The position numbers and the translations under genes were made by a program. From Rhodospirillaceae bacterium (GTDB lineage Bacteria; Pseudomonadota; Alphaproteobacteria; UBA828): a DNA stretch of 64,000 bases. The notes beneath the pieces are model-generated. The model was not told the DNA's origin and searched no databases. It saw only the letters and a list, made by a program, of their open reading frames with translations. Below are positions 56,566 through 64,000 of the stretch, piece after piece. Location of the stretch: the NCBI GenBank assembly GCA_002717225.1, contig PBDG01000009.1:76563-140562 (forward strand), given 5' to 3'. Position 1 is the first letter of the stretch, and each line of letters begins with the position of its first letter.

Positions 56566-57852
56566 ATGGATATATCGCTCAATTACGGTAAAACCCAACT
56601 TGTCGTAACGCTACCGGATGACCTTGAAGTCCGTGTCATCCGCAAGCCTGACATGCCGCTCCTGGATGATCCGGTGGCAACACTCGAAGCCTCGTTTGCC
56701 AAGCCAGACGGCGGCCCAAATCTCGCCTATCTTGCCAGAAAAGCACAAACAGCCTGTATTCTCATTTGCGACATCACACGCCCAGTGCCAAACAGTGTAT
56801 TGCTGCCACCGCTCCTCCGTGCGCTTCTCGCTGCCGGGCTAGGCAGGGAAAACATCGTTATTCTCGTCGCCACCGGTCTGCACCGGCCAAATGAAGACGA
56901 GGAGCTGGCCGAGTTGGTCGGTGATCCCTGGGTGATGGAGAATTTTGCCGTCGTCAATCATTTTGCCCGCGACGATGCCTCACATGTTTCACTCGGACGC
57001 ACAAGGAGTGGAACAAAAGTCATGCTAGATAAACGCTTCGTAGAAGCGGACCTCCGCATCGCCACTGGTCTAGTAGAGCCCCATTTCATGGCTGGCTGGT
57101 CCGGTGGGCGCAAGGTGATCGCGCCGGGAGTCGCCCATGCCGAGACCATTACCACCTTCCACAGCGCAAGGTTTATGGAGCATCCTAATTGCGCCAATTG
57201 CGTGCTCGACGGCAATCCGCTGCATGACGAACAACTTGAAATTATCGCCATGTTAGGCTGCGTCAGTGCGATCAATGTAGTGATCAATGAGGATCGTCGT
57301 ATTTCAATGATTAATTTCGGTGAGGTAGTAAAAAGCCATATGGCAGCGGTAGATCATGTCCGCACCTATGCCGAAGTCCCAATGCCGGAGCGCTTCTCCA
57401 CCGTGATTACCAGCGCCGCGGGCTACCCCCTCGACAAGACCTACTATCAAACAGTGAAAGGCATGGTCGGTCCGCTAGATATCCTGAAGCCTGGTGGAAC
57501 TCTCGTCATTGCCTCGGCCTGTTCCGAAGGCATGGGCTCGGCGGAATATATCACCTCCCAACGTAATCTGATGAATATGGGCGCTGATCGCTTCCTCAAA
57601 CATATCGAGTCTAAAAGTCACGCAGCGGTCGATGAATGGCAGACCGAGATGCTTTTGAAACCGCTTCGCTCGGGCCAAGTGGTTCTCTACACTGAAGGCC
57701 TAACGGAAGAGGAACTCTCCCTTACCGCCGTGAAACCCACCACCTCAATTGACCAAGCAATAGTTGCAGCAGTCGCTGACGCTAACGACAAGCGCATAGC
57801 GGTTATTCCGGAAGGGCCCTATGTGGTTCCACGATACCGGCCCGGGATTTGA
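56566..57852 (+). CDS. LarA-family (nickel-pincer-nucleotide-dependent lactate racemase-like, DUF2088) protein
   Basis: The N-terminal domain matches LarA blocks: ...ILICDITRPVPNSVLLPPLL..., ...VILVATGLHRP..., ...VNHFARDD..., ...ATGLVEPHFMAGWSGGRKVIAPGVA.... The last block carries the cofactor-tethering Lys and the catalytic His region. Length 428 aa. Confidence 0.75.
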   Translation: MDISLNYGKTQLVVTLPDDLEVRVIRKPDMPLLDDPVATLEASFAKPDGGPNLAYLARKAQTACILICDITRPVPNSVLLPPLLRALLAAGLGRENIVILVATGLHRPNEDEELAELVGDPWVMENFAVVNHFARDDASHVSLGRTRSGTKVMLDKRFVEADLRIATGLVEPHFMAGWSGGRKVIAPGVAHAETITTFHSARFMEHPNCANCVLDGNPLHDEQLEIIAMLGCVSAINVVINEDRRISMINFGEVVKSHMAAVDHVRTYAEVPMPERFSTVITSAAGYPLDKTYYQTVKGMVGPLDILKPGGTLVIASACSEGMGSAEYITSQRNLMNMGADRFLKHIESKSHAAVDEWQTEMLLKPLRSGQVVLYTEGLTEEELSLTAVKPTTSIDQAIVAAVADANDKRIAVIPEGPYVVPRYRPGI

Positions 57853-59402
57853 CAACGCCCGACCCCTCTGGCGGAGGACCGCTGCCGCCTAACCGTTTCA
57901 CTAATATTTGCGTTCTAGTAGCGACGGTGTGTGGCTCAAGTCTTGCAATTATTGATGCCACCGCCATTAACGTCGCCCTTCCAGCCATTCAAGACGGACT
58001 CAATGCAGATATCACCTCACTGCAATGGGTGATCGAGTCCTATGCGCTGTTCCTCGGCGCCTTAATTCTGGTCGGTGGTGTGTTGGGTGACCATTTCGGA
58101 CGAAAGCGGATGTTTGCCATCGGTGTCATCATCTTTGCCTCCGCTTCCGCCTGGTGTGGCCTAGCTGAGGGCGTGATGCAATTGATCGTCGCTCGCGGCT
58201 TTCAAGGCATTGGTGCGGCGCTCGTAGTGCCCGGCAGTCTAGCGCTGTTGAGCGCCCATTTCCCACAAGAGCAACGGGGCCCGGCAATTGGACAATGGGC
58301 TTCGTTCACAACACTCGCTATCGTTCTCGGGCCGTTATTGGGCGGGGTACTTGTAGACACGGCGTCGTGGCGTTGGGTTTTTTTTATTAACCTGCCCATT
58401 GCTGCTATTCTGCTTTTCGTGCTTTATCTCGGCGTACCGGAAAGCCGAAATGAGAGCCAGGCAGGCAAACTCGACATTGTAGGCGCCGCATTCATCACCC
58501 TCGGCTTGGGCGGCTTGGTGTTCGGCCTGCTCGAATCCGCGCACTTGGGCTTTAGCGCGCTTGAGGTATGGGGCTCTATAACGGCGGGCATAGTGATCAT
58601 ACTTGCCTTCATTTACCGACAAATGACTGTGAAATTCCCTATGCTGCCGCTCGACCTGTTTCGCTCCCGCGCCTTTTCCGGCGCTAATATTATGACATTC
58701 CTGCTCTATGGCGCGATGACAGGCTGTCTATTTTTCCTTCCCTTCAACCTAATGCAGGTACACGGATGGAGCGCGACGGAAGCCGGTGCCGCGCTGCTAC
58801 CACTTATCTTGCTTATCTCCCTCTTCTCTCTTGCCGCCAGTAAACTGGTGGCTAAGCTCGGTCAACGCATACCGCTCACCAGTGGTGCATGCATCGCCGC
58901 ACTGGGATTTGCACTCCTCGCCTTGCCTAGCAACGACAGCGGCTATTGGTCTGGCTTCCTGCCAGGCATAGCCGTACTTGGGCTAGGTCTTGGAATCGCC
59001 GTGGCGCCCCTCACCATCGTCGTTATGGGGGCAGTGCCGACCGATCGCTCCGGCCTCGCTTCAGGTGTCAACAATGCAGCTTCGCGCGTCGCCATGTTGA
59101 TGGCAGTGGCAATTTTCGGGGTAGTAATGTTTGAGATCTTTTCAAGTCAGTTACAGAGTGCGCTTCAGGTCATGCCGCTTGACAACGCCAGCCGGATACA
59201 AATCTCGGAACGCATGGTGCACCTATCGGGCCTGCAGCCACCGGATGGTCTTAAAGCCAACGTGGCGGAACAACTGCATGTCGCGGTCGGCGAGTCCTTC
59301 GTCGCCGGCTTTCGGGCTGTCTCTCTAATCGCTGCAGGTGCAGCGCTTGCCGGTGGCCTAATTGCCGGATTAACGATTCCGCCGCGCGCGGATGTGAAGT
59401 AG
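57849..59402 (+). CDS. MFS transporter, 14-TM DHA2 (EmrB/QacA-like) family
   Basis: 517 aa with 14 predicted hydrophobic segments and the GDHFGRKRM motif-A-like loop. It overlaps the LarA-like stop by ATGA. Confidence 0.8.
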   Translation: MTTPDPSGGGPLPPNRFTNICVLVATVCGSSLAIIDATAINVALPAIQDGLNADITSLQWVIESYALFLGALILVGGVLGDHFGRKRMFAIGVIIFASASAWCGLAEGVMQLIVARGFQGIGAALVVPGSLALLSAHFPQEQRGPAIGQWASFTTLAIVLGPLLGGVLVDTASWRWVFFINLPIAAILLFVLYLGVPESRNESQAGKLDIVGAAFITLGLGGLVFGLLESAHLGFSALEVWGSITAGIVIILAFIYRQMTVKFPMLPLDLFRSRAFSGANIMTFLLYGAMTGCLFFLPFNLMQVHGWSATEAGAALLPLILLISLFSLAASKLVAKLGQRIPLTSGACIAALGFALLALPSNDSGYWSGFLPGIAVLGLGLGIAVAPLTIVVMGAVPTDRSGLASGVNNAASRVAMLMAVAIFGVVMFEIFSSQLQSALQVMPLDNASRIQISERMVHLSGLQPPDGLKANVAEQLHVAVGESFVAGFRAVSLIAAGAALAGGLIAGLTIPPRADVK

Positions 59403-59411
59403 TCTCATGAT

Positions 59412-60962
59412 ATGCGCACGCCCTTGATGGATTTGGACAGAGCCCACTTCGACGTCGTAGTGATCGGCGCCGGGGTCAATGGCGCAAGCACGACACAGCA
59501 TCTTGCCGCCGCCGGCTTCACTACACTTCTCGTAGAGCAGAATGATTTCGCCTCCGGCTCCTCGAGCCGCTCCAGCCGCCTATTGCATTGCGGCCTCCGT
59601 TATCTTGCACCGGGCTGCTCCATGTGGGAGTTCGCCTTTCATCCGAACCGCCTGATAACGGCGCTCTCCATGGCGCGCCAAGCGATGGAGTCACGCAGCC
59701 AAATGGTGCGCGAAACACCCGAGCGCGTACGATCGATGACCTTCTCCTATCCAATCTATAAGGAATCACCTTATGCGCCGTGGCAGATTGATCTCGCCTT
59801 CAACATATTGAAAGCACTCGGGCCGAAGGACGTACCACTCGACTATCGCCGCCTCAACCGCTCGGAGGCACACACCCGGCCACTTCTGCAATGGCTAAGG
59901 GATATGGATGCCCTCAAGGGTATCGCCCAGTTCCGCGAATATCGTTTCGAATGGCCTGAGCGAATTGCTCTCGATACGGTGCTCGATGCCGCCCGGCTAG
60001 GTGCGCAAGTCCGTAACCATACGGCTTTACGAGGGGTTGAGCGTGAGGCCGATGGTAATTGGCGGCTTACCTTGGCAGATAAGCTGGCGACGGAAGAAGT
60101 GACCGTAACGGCAACAGCGTTGGTCAACACTGCCGGTATCTGGATCGATAGGGTCAATCGCATGGCCGATAGCAATGTGGGACGGCGTATCACCGGCACA
60201 AAGGGCATCCATTGTATGTTCCGCCTGCCGGCGAACTGCGCTGATCAAGGAATCGCCAGCATGAACCGTGACGACGAACCGTTTTACTGCGTCCCCTGGC
60301 GCGGACTCCACTATGTCGGGCCAACGGAAACCCTCTACGACGGCAATATCGACGATATTCACCCAGAAGAAGAAGAAATTGAATGGCTCCTGGATGAGGC
60401 CAACCACCTATTACCAGGAGCTGAATTCAAGCGAGAAAAAATGCTGTTCGCCTGGGCCGGCGTACGGCCGCTCACTTACGATCCAGCGCAACCCAAAGGC
60501 GCCAGGAGCCGTGAATTGCACGATCTGTCGGGCGAAGGCTTCGATAATCTTTTTGCATTGACTGCCGGGCCGATCATGACCCATCGCTCGGCTGGCGAAC
60601 TTCTGACCAAGCATGTCGCGAAGCGGGTACGCCCCTCTGGCACGCCGGGTAGGCTAAGCTTCAGCGCAAAAACCTATCCCGACAACACTAATTCGCTGGC
60701 CATCGACGATGCATGGCCGGAAACGACCTTCGCTGATCTCAACCACGCGGTGGCCCATGAGCTACCCGCCAATCTAATCGATCTTCTGTTCCGCCGCACC
60801 GGCAATGGCTGGACCGCCTCAATGGGCGCACCCATGGCCGAGCAGGCAGCACGCCAGGTAGCGGAGCAAATGGGCTGGGACGAAGCGCGAATCCAGGCCG
60901 AAACTCAAGCCTATAAGGATTACGTCGCACGCAATCACCTATGGCACGGCGCGAATGATTGA
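59412..60962 (+). CDS. FAD-dependent oxidoreductase of the glycerol-3-phosphate dehydrogenase (GlpD/GlpA) family
   Basis: DVVVIGAGVNGASTTQHLAAAGF (FAD Rossmann fold) and SSRSSRLLHCGLRYL, a near-exact GlpD-family signature. Length 516 aa. Confidence 0.8.
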   Translation: MRTPLMDLDRAHFDVVVIGAGVNGASTTQHLAAAGFTTLLVEQNDFASGSSSRSSRLLHCGLRYLAPGCSMWEFAFHPNRLITALSMARQAMESRSQMVRETPERVRSMTFSYPIYKESPYAPWQIDLAFNILKALGPKDVPLDYRRLNRSEAHTRPLLQWLRDMDALKGIAQFREYRFEWPERIALDTVLDAARLGAQVRNHTALRGVEREADGNWRLTLADKLATEEVTVTATALVNTAGIWIDRVNRMADSNVGRRITGTKGIHCMFRLPANCADQGIASMNRDDEPFYCVPWRGLHYVGPTETLYDGNIDDIHPEEEEIEWLLDEANHLLPGAEFKREKMLFAWAGVRPLTYDPAQPKGARSRELHDLSGEGFDNLFALTAGPIMTHRSAGELLTKHVAKRVRPSGTPGRLSFSAKTYPDNTNSLAIDDAWPETTFADLNHAVAHELPANLIDLLFRRTGNGWTASMGAPMAEQAARQVAEQMGWDEARIQAETQAYKDYVARNHLWHGAND

Positions 60963-61856
60963 TTAGACCGGCGCAAACTCGCTGTCGCCATCGAGTTCAC
61001 CGTCACAGGTCGCGCGGCCAGTCTCGACCATATGAATTAGATGGGCTAATACCGAGCGCGCAGCAGCGGCGTGCAGCACCGGGTCAACATCGGCGTAGAT
61101 CAACCGCACCATCTCTGGGATGCGGCTGATGCCATCATCCAGACATTTGCCGATCTGCACCTCGCGGGCCTCGCGGTGATTAATCAGTGCGGCAATAAAT
61201 GTCCCCGGTGATTCGATTGCTGGCCCATGGGTCGGCCATAAGCGAATCTCTGCGCGCCCAGCGAGGCGCCGGCAAGAGGCTAAGTAATCCGCCATACTAC
61301 CATCTGGCGGCGAGACCACCGTGGTCGACCAGCCCATCACATGATCTCCGGAAAACAAAACCTGCTCCTCTTCGAGCGCGAAACACAGATGATTCGAGGT
61401 GTGCCCCGGAGTATGAATCGCCTCGAGGGTCCAACCGGAGCCTGAAATCACATCACCATCTCCAACAAAAATATCTGGCGCGAAGTCGCGATCAGCCCCC
61501 TCCTCGACTTCTTCACCTGTTCGCCCCCCACCATGAGGTCCGAAGCCGTAACTTTTTGCGCCGGTAATTTCCTGCATATAACGCACCGCTGGCGAATGAT
61601 CGCGATGGGTGTGGGTCACCAATAAGTGACTAACCGTCTCGCCCTTAATTGCACCCAAGAGCGCCTCGACATGCGGTGTCAAATCTGGTCCAGCATCGAC
61701 AACCGCCACCTCGCCACGACCAACGATATAAGTGCCGGTGCCATAAAAAGTAAAAGGCCCCGGATTATTGGCAACGACACGGCGGATCAGCGGGGATAGC
61801 GTGTCGCAAACACCATAAGTGAAATCGAGCTCACGCTTAAACGGGATGCCAGCCAT
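60963..61856 (-). CDS. MBL-fold metallo-hydrolase (hydroxyacylglutathione-hydrolase-like)
   Basis: LLVTHTHRDHSPA (HxHxDH) motif. Length 297 aa. Confidence 0.75.
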   Translation of the reverse strand: MAGIPFKRELDFTYGVCDTLSPLIRRVVANNPGPFTFYGTGTYIVGRGEVAVVDAGPDLTPHVEALLGAIKGETVSHLLVTHTHRDHSPAVRYMQEITGAKSYGFGPHGGGRTGEEVEEGADRDFAPDIFVGDGDVISGSGWTLEAIHTPGHTSNHLCFALEEEQVLFSGDHVMGWSTTVVSPPDGSMADYLASCRRLAGRAEIRLWPTHGPAIESPGTFIAALINHREAREVQIGKCLDDGISRIPEMVRLIYADVDPVLHAAAARSVLAHLIHMVETGRATCDGELDGDSEFAPV

Positions 61857-61874
61857 GGCGCGCTCCTTTTGCTA

Positions 61875-62921
61875 CTAAAGTCCGCCCGGGCGGGAAGGAT
61901 CTTCACCAGGCGGTCCGCGGCGGCCGGGTATACCATGCTCACGAGTGGCGCCACTTGGGGTGGCCGGTGTTTTTCCTCCTGGAGGCATATCACCCGAGCC
62001 AGTGAGATGAAGGAAGATATCCTCCAAATCCGGCTCATCAGTCGAGAGATCGCAAATCGTTACGCCAGCGCGGCGCACAATGTCGAGGATCTGGCCAATC
62101 TCGGTTTTGCTCCTGAGATAGCGCACAGCAAGCCGGCGCGGATCACGCAACGCGGTTTCAAAGTCACTTAGCCCTTTAGGGACCTCCGCCATCTCCTCAG
62201 CACTGACAATCACCAGTTCTTTAACATCAAGGCGCTCAATTAGGCTCGCTGTCCGTTCGCAAGCAATTAACCTACCTTTATCAATGATGGCGATGGTGTC
62301 GCACAACGCTTCAGCCTCTTCAAGATAATGGGTGGTTAACACTACAGTGACGCCACGCGCATTCAATGCGCGCAAATGCGACCAGAGCTGCTGACGCAGT
62401 TCAACATCGACGCCTGCTGTCGGCTCGTCAAGGATGATGATTGGCGGTGAGTGAACCAGCGCTTTGGCAACCATCAAACGTCGACGCATACCGCCGGAAA
62501 GGGCGCGCGGATAGGTCTCGGCCTGATCGGTGAGACCCACCGCGTCGAGGATGTCGGCGGTGCAACGCTCGGGAGCGCGCAGGCCAAAATAACCAGCCTG
62601 AGCCTCAAGCGCTTCGCGTGCCGTGAAATAGGGATCGAGCACAAGTTCCTGCGGCACCACGCCGATGGAAAGCCGCGCGCCCCTTGTCTCACGATCGATA
62701 TCGTAACCCCAGATCGCGGCATTGCCGGAGGTCTTGTTGGTCAGTCCGGCAAGAATATTGATGAAAGTAGATTTTCCTGCACCGTTAGGGCCCAGAAGAC
62801 CGAAAAACGAACCGCGCGGGATATTAAGGTCGAATTTTTGGAGCGCAACTGTCTCTGAGTGGCGCCGGTGATAGACCTTACGCAAGCTGCGTGCCTCGAC
62901 AGCGTTTTCAGGAAAGCTCAT
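61875..62921 (-). CDS. ABC-2-type ABC transporter ATP-binding protein with a Pro/Gly-rich C-terminal tail
   Basis: Walker A GPNGAGKST, signature LSGGMRRRLMVAKAL, and Walker B IIILDEPTAGVD. The last 40 aa are low-complexity (PPGGKTPATPSGATREHGIPGRRGPPGEDPSRPGGL). Confidence 0.8.
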   Translation of the reverse strand: MSFPENAVEARSLRKVYHRRHSETVALQKFDLNIPRGSFFGLLGPNGAGKSTFINILAGLTNKTSGNAAIWGYDIDRETRGARLSIGVVPQELVLDPYFTAREALEAQAGYFGLRAPERCTADILDAVGLTDQAETYPRALSGGMRRRLMVAKALVHSPPIIILDEPTAGVDVELRQQLWSHLRALNARGVTVVLTTHYLEEAEALCDTIAIIDKGRLIACERTASLIERLDVKELVIVSAEEMAEVPKGLSDFETALRDPRRLAVRYLRSKTEIGQILDIVRRAGVTICDLSTDEPDLEDIFLHLTGSGDMPPGGKTPATPSGATREHGIPGRRGPPGEDPSRPGGL

Positions 62922-63031
62922 GGCCGAACTCGCCCAGCCGGAGAGCGTTGTGAATGGTTGATCACCATAGCCGAATGGGTATCATTCGCGGCGTTGGCGG
63001 GTCAAATGGAGCACGCTAGAAGGGCTACGCT

Positions 63032-63208
63032 ATGAGCACAAATATCGATACCCCGGAAACGGTCGAAGCCGACAGCACCGAAGTCAGTTGTGATGGTGGT
63101 GGCGATCTTGGCCATCCGCGCGTCTACCTCAACATGGGCGATAAAGGCGAAGTCGATTGTCCCTATTGCGATCGTAAATTCGTCCTTACAACTGAGCACG
63201 CATCGTAA
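63032..63208 (+). CDS. Small zinc-finger protein (zf-CHCC-like, 58 aa)
   Basis: Found by direct translation, not in the ORF track: MSTNIDTPETVEADSTEVSCDGGGDLGHPRVYLNMGDKGEVDCPYCDRKFVLTTEHAS. The C...HPRVYL...CPYC pattern is the conserved small Zn-finger protein common in alphaproteobacteria. Confidence 0.6.
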   Translation: MSTNIDTPETVEADSTEVSCDGGGDLGHPRVYLNMGDKGEVDCPYCDRKFVLTTEHAS

Positions 63209-64000
63209 TCTTTTTTCCTCGACAGGAGAATGCCATCCAGAGAACCAACGGCAGCGCAAACGCCGAAAGCGTTGCGTTGGCCCAGTAGGCATCCGCACCC
63301 AAGAGACCATAGAGCCAGCCAGCAAGCAATAAACCCGCACCAAGACCGGCGCCATAGGTCAGCCCGCCCAATAAGCCTTGCGCTGAATTAGCATATGAAT
63401 CGGGTACTGCACTTGTAATGAACAGCATGGCGCCAAGATGCATCGCGGCGAAACTCGCGGCATGGAGTATCTGCGCCAAGGCGACAATCCACAGTTCCAC
63501 CGTTAACGCCAGCACCATCCACCGTATTGCTCCCAACCCCGCCGCCGCCGCGATTAACCCGACCGGCCCCATGCGCCTCACCAAAGGGGAGCCAAAAGCA
63601 AAAAGCAGAATTTCCGCCACCACCCCCTCTCCCCATAGTAATCCCACCGTCAGATGCGAGTAGCCTACCGAAGTCCAATGAATGGACGAGAAACCGTAAT
63701 AGACCCCGTGGGCCGCCTGAATCACTGCCGTCGCGAGTATAAACAGCAAAAACGACCGGCTAGCGAGCAACGTCTTCAACGGTAAGAACCCCTGTGCCCG
63801 TTGTGCCGTCAGAGCGCGCGGCAGGATGAGCGAGGTAACGAACAGTACCGCCAGTGTTACCAGTAGCAAGGTGACAATAGTCGAGGCCGGCAAACTGCCA
63901 TGCATATCCAACAACCAGCCGCCAGCGATGGAGGCTAGAACGAAGGAGACCGAGCCCCACAGACGGACTCGGCCATAGCCATAATCTGCTGAAACGGATC
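63186..64000 (-). CDS. MFS transporter, partial (5' end beyond window end)
   Basis: The frame stays open upstream of the track's ATG at 63914, all the way to position 64000 (...SVSADYGYGRVRLWGSVSFVLASIAGGWLLDMHGSLPAS...). The visible part has 6 hydrophobic helices typical of an MFS C-terminal half. Confidence 0.6.
   Translation of the reverse strand, partial: SVSADYGYGRVRLWGSVSFVLASIAGGWLLDMHGSLPASTIVTLLLVTLAVLFVTSLILPRALTAQRAQGFLPLKTLLASRSFLLFILATAVIQAAHGVYYGFSSIHWTSVGYSHLTVGLLWGEGVVAEILLFAFGSPLVRRMGPVGLIAAAAGLGAIRWMVLALTVELWIVALAQILHAASFAAMHLGAMLFITSAVPDSYANSAQGLLGGLTYGAGLGAGLLLAGWLYGLLGADAYWANATLSAFALPLVLWMAFSCRGKKITMRAQL

Noticed and set aside
63002-63355. Track ORFs 63002..63355 (minus) and 63090..63332 (plus)
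   Set aside because: The region is better explained by the 58-aa zf-CHCC gene (63032..63208, plus) and the C-terminus of the MFS transporter (63186.., minus).
1-64000. Mobile elements, CRISPR arrays, tRNA or rRNA
   Set aside because: No transposase, integrase or recombinase-like ORFs, no direct-repeat/spacer arrays, and no intergenic gaps with a tRNA-like cloverleaf were seen. By eye the intergenic regions are short, apart from the AT-rich stretches already noted.

Overview
The window reads as an ordinary chromosomal segment of a moderately GC-rich proteobacterium, probably an alphaproteobacterium. It is densely packed with about 50 protein-coding genes. Most are short operons on alternating strands. 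I saw no rRNA, no obvious tRNA, no CRISPR array, and no transposase, integrase or phage genes by eye.

Content from left to right:
- A partial gene for a protein with two internal repeats, divergent from ureidoglycolate lyase (allA), followed by a small 2OG-oxygenase-like gene.
- The DEAD-box helicase rhlE, an alpha/beta hydrolase, and ispG.
- A complete fatty-acid beta-oxidation operon: acyl-CoA ligase, thiolase, a bifunctional 3-hydroxyacyl-CoA dehydrogenase/enoyl-CoA hydratase, and a large acyl-CoA dehydrogenase. Two CoA-transferase subunits follow it.
- A convergent ABC-F ATPase and a YgjP-like metallohydrolase.
- A four-gene export module flanked by AT-rich DNA: a TetR regulator preceded by a perfect 16-bp palindrome, an RND/MMPL exporter, a LolA-like lipoprotein, and a probable outer-membrane barrel.
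- A NitT/TauT-type ABC importer and an acyl-CoA dehydrogenase.
- Two divergently arranged hyuA/hyuB pairs from the hydantoinase / oxoprolinase / acetone-carboxylase family. One HyuB carries a Cys4 C-terminal tail.
- A lipoprotein, a 2-keto-4-pentenoate-hydratase-like gene, a 1205-aa fused double ABC exporter, and GNAT, SDR and an internally duplicated hypothetical protein.
- A five-gene HAAT (Liv-type) ABC importer, an MBL hydrolase and an M20 peptidase.
- The most unusual locus, at about 50.9-61.0 kb. It encodes a split and rearranged glutamate-synthase-like enzyme set: a class-II amidotransferase; a GXGXG domain fused ahead of the FMN/Fe-S barrel; and a GltD-like flavoprotein fused to a second, degenerate synthase barrel. 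These are followed by a LarA-family protein, an MFS transporter and a GlpD-like FAD oxidoreductase.
- Finally an MBL hydrolase with an ABC ATPase, a small zf-CHCC gene that is missing from the ORF track, and a partial MFS transporter.

All functional calls rest on motif and family recognition from the translated ORFs. No database search was possible.
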